Shown here: one piece after another, positions 62,026-64,000 of the stretch
How positions within the stretch are numbered: the first letter of the stretch is position 1
How the letters are laid out: every line of letters begins with the position of its first letter
Notes under the pieces: model-generated
Told to the model about the DNA's origin: nothing
Seen by the model: only the letters and a program-made list of their open reading frames with translations
The model's database searches: none
Translations under genes and position numbers: made by a program
DNA from: Clostridiales bacterium
Lineage (GTDB): Bacteria; Bacillota; Clostridia; Christensenellales; CAG-138
Assembly: GCA_009779405.1 (NCBI GenBank)
Contig: WREI01000006.1
Span: 1,171-65,170 of the forward strand
Length of the DNA: 64,000 bases
Reading direction: 5' to 3'

Positions 62026-62702
62026 GGCACCGCAACCCCGCGCCGCAAAAAAACCAGTAAGCCCTCGGCTACGGCTATAGCAATGGTATCCTGATACGCC
62101 TCGTCCTGCAAATTCCGCTCATCGGCGGAATTGCTCAAAAACCCGCACTCCACCAGCGCGGCGGGGACGACGGGCGCGCGCGTCACCATATTGTTGCCCG
62201 CGTTGGCGATGCGCCGCTTGCGCCCGAGCGCGCCGGTCAGCGCATCGAGTATATCCTGCGCCAACTGTCTCCCGGCCTCATTCTTCGGATCCGCCTGATA
62301 ATAGGTCACAGGCCCCTGCACGGAACGGTCGCGGAACTTGTTCATATGAATGGAGAGCACCGCGTCCAAACCGGGCGCGGCCATCATCTCGGCGCGCCGC
62401 TCCATATCCTCCCGCTTGGACGCGCCCAGCGCATTGCCGTCCGCGCGCGTCAGAATCACCCGCACGTTTTCCGCTTCGAGCAGCGCGGCGATCTTATAGC
62501 CGATGGCCAGGTTCAAATCCGCTTCCGCGACCTTCGTATCCATCCCCACCGCGCCGCCGTCCCGCCCCCCATGCCCGAAATCCAGCAGCACCGTAAACTC
62601 GGGCTCCGGCACCGGGGTAGGGCTAACCAAGGGCTCCGCCACAGCAGGCGCGGCGCAGGCCGAAAACAGGACAAGGCACAGAAAAACAGGAACAATTCTC
62701 AT
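62022..62702 (-). CDS. N-acetylmuramoyl-L-alanine amidase (Amidase_3, CwlD-like)
   Basis: LLDFGHGGRDGGAVG and LSIHMN zinc-ligand motifs. ATG 62702 gives an N-terminal signal or anchor (MRIVPVFLCLVLFSACA). The ORF-track start 63017 is an implausible extension. Confidence 0.85.
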   Translation of the reverse strand: MRIVPVFLCLVLFSACAAPAVAEPLVSPTPVPEPEFTVLLDFGHGGRDGGAVGMDTKVAEADLNLAIGYKIAALLEAENVRVILTRADGNALGASKREDMERRAEMMAAPGLDAVLSIHMNKFRDRSVQGPVTYYQADPKNEAGRQLAQDILDALTGALGRKRRIANAGNNMVTRAPVVPAALVECGFLSNSADERNLQDEAYQDTIAIAVAEGLLVFLRRGVAVP

Positions 62703-62801
62703 ACCGCATCGTATGCGCCGCAATAAGGCATATATAACAGGTAGCAATCGCCGCGAAATTATGATATGCTCTGTATAAACAAAAAAAGCGAGGTAACAGC
62801 T

Positions 62802-63206
62802 ATGTCCAAAGAATCCCGACAGGCTCGGCGCGAAGCCGAAATGAAGCGGAAAAAGAAAAACAGGATCATCCTGATTGTCGTTATCGCGGCCATCCTTGTC
62901 CTCGCCGCGATCATCGGGTTCAGCGTATATCGGCAAAGCCAAATCCGCGTATATTCCGGCGGCGGCCAAACAGTCACCCTGTACAGCAACGGCAGCTTCA
63001 CCGCTAGTCTTTCCCACGGCGTCAACCGGGCGGGAGCCTACACGGAAACGATCGAGGGCGACACGATAACGATCACTTTTTCATATGGAAACACCAGCGC
63101 AAGCGGCACGATTGCGCACAATGTACTGACCCTGCCGGACGCATGGGATGACGGCCACGGCCACGGTTCAAAATTGGGCTTAACCAAGGGCCGCGGGCAG
63201 GATTAA
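62802..63206 (+). CDS. Membrane-anchored hypothetical protein
   Basis: ATG 62802 follows GCGAGGT. A basic N-terminus, one TM helix (IILIVVIAAILVLAAIIGF) and a ~90-aa extracytoplasmic domain. Confidence 0.5.
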   Translation: MSKESRQARREAEMKRKKKNRIILIVVIAAILVLAAIIGFSVYRQSQIRVYSGGGQTVTLYSNGSFTASLSHGVNRAGAYTETIEGDTITITFSYGNTSASGTIAHNVLTLPDAWDDGHGHGSKLGLTKGRGQD

Positions 63207-63898
63207 AAGATACCAATCTCCCTCGGCACAAACCCCAATGCGTCACTCGCGACAAAATCATAACGCGCCCCCGCATAAGCCCCCGAAAACGCATACTTCT
63301 GCGCAGGCCCGTGCAGGTGGCCGTATACGACGTTCTGCACCGGATATTCACCGATAATCTGCGCGAAGGTGTTGGGCGTCTGCGTATTGTCGAAGGGGGG
63401 ATAGTGCAGCATCACGACGTTTTGCGTATCCTGCGGCAACTCGTCGAGGGAGAGACGCAATCGCACTTGCTCACGGAGATAAATTTTCTCATCCTCCGCC
63501 GTATAGCCGTGCATGCCCGGCGTAATCCAGCCGCGGCTGCCTGCAATGCAGAGATCGCCGAAGCGCAGGACATTGTTCTGTATCGCAAAACAGTTTGCGG
63601 ACAGGACGGTCTTTACTTTCGCATAGCTCGCCCACCAAAAATCATGATTCCCGCGCAACAGGACTTTCCGCCCCGGCAGCGCGCCGATATAGGCCAGATC
63701 CGCCGCCGCTTCCTCCAAACGCATGGCCCAGCTGATATCGCCCGGAATAAGCACCAGATCCTCCTCGCGCACAACAGAGGACCAATTGTCCGCCAGCCGC
63801 TCCATATAGCGCTCCCAGCGCGCACCAAAAACGTCCATGGATTTGTTCTCCACGGACGCACAGAGATGCAGGTCTGCGATGGCGAAAAGTCTGGGCAT
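63203..63898 (-). CDS. Metallophosphoesterase (calcineurin-like)
   Basis: FAIADLHL, GDISW, GNHDFWW and GHLH metal-binding motifs. Confidence 0.85.
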   Translation of the reverse strand: MPRLFAIADLHLCASVENKSMDVFGARWERYMERLADNWSSVVREEDLVLIPGDISWAMRLEEAAADLAYIGALPGRKVLLRGNHDFWWASYAKVKTVLSANCFAIQNNVLRFGDLCIAGSRGWITPGMHGYTAEDEKIYLREQVRLRLSLDELPQDTQNVVMLHYPPFDNTQTPNTFAQIIGEYPVQNVVYGHLHGPAQKYAFSGAYAGARYDFVASDALGFVPREIGIF

Positions 63899-64000
63899 TA
63901 TAGCTCTAAGCTCAGCCCGCCGCTCAGGGCGTCCTCCAAATCGGCGGGGCCGGGTTCGGCGTCCTCCGATTCAAAGATATCCGCGTCGCTCTCCACTTCG
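63898..64000 (-). CDS. 3' end of an unidentified gene (acidic C-terminal tail), truncated by the window edge
   Basis: My minus-strand translation reads ..EVESDADIFESEDAEPGPADLEDALSGGLSLEL-stop, with a TAATG overlap onto the metallophosphoesterase start. It is too short to identify. Confidence 0.3.
   Translation of the reverse strand, partial: EVESDADIFESEDAEPGPADLEDALSGGLSLEL

Noticed and set aside
1-64000. A search for mobile elements, prophage, defence systems, CRISPR-Cas, toxin-antitoxin pairs, tRNA and rRNA genes.
   Set aside because: I could recognise no transposase, integrase, recombinase, nuclease or helicase defence signatures, cas genes or cloverleaf-like sequences in either strand's ORFs or in the intergenic regions. 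This negative rests on reading the sequence without search tools.

Overview
The window looks like a high-G+C Firmicutes/Clostridia-type chromosomal segment. This is inferred from rny, floA/nfeD, buk/ptb, 2-oxoacid:ferredoxin oxidoreductase, a CwlD-like amidase and dockerin modules. I saw no rRNA, tRNA, CRISPR array, transposase, integrase or phage genes. Layout by region: (1) 1-13.9 kb is one minus-strand surface-polysaccharide operon. It holds rfbA/C/B, four glycosyltransferases, an EpsG/Wzy-like polymerase, a pyruvyl transferase, a TviB/TviC-like UDP-2-acetamido-uronic-acid pair and two tandem TupA-like ATP-grasp amidoligases. Most gene junctions overlap as ATGA, TAATG or TGATG. (2) 13.9-16.5 kb holds an M19 dipeptidase and RNase Y. 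(3) 16.9-21.5 kb holds a 1443-aa secreted Listeria-Bacteroides-repeat protein with a duplicated Cys/His module, plus a coupled 61-aa acidic ORF ending in Gly-Gly. (4) 21.5-25.3 kb holds a TtcA-family tRNA thiolase, a class II aldolase, a CoA-disulfide-reductase/rhodanese fusion and a small Cys/His-rich protein. (5) 25.3-31.5 kb holds a ComEC core, a split chromate transporter, a GT-C-like membrane protein and floA/nfeD. (6) 31.7-39.2 kb is a complete branched-chain amino acid to branched-chain fatty acid fermentation cluster (ilvE, four-subunit OFOR, P-loop ATPase, buk, ptb), interrupted by an AT-rich orphan gene. (7) 39.4-55.4 kb is an accessory-looking region with four non-enzymatic dockerin proteins. 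Their passenger domains are an unknown acidic domain, a BspA-LRR plus about 16 Cys2His2-like mini-repeats, a 22-residue LRR array, and an NHL propeller. These are interleaved with PadR plus a membrane sensor, an MFS transporter, a lipoprotein, a GH13 enzyme and a LuxR-type regulator. (8) 55.4-64 kb holds GTP-PEPCK, a decayed sensor kinase (one nonsense mutation and three frameshifts) next to an intact NarL-type regulator, a MOP flippase, an amidase and a metallophosphoesterase. Two families of structured intergenic repeats are scattered through the window: a roughly 27-nt GTAGGGGCG...CGCCC palindrome, and three 120-160-bp nested-hairpin composites. Many long ORFs in the supplied track are antisense artefacts of the high G+C content and were rejected. 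All functional calls come from my reading of motifs in the translations; no database search was run.
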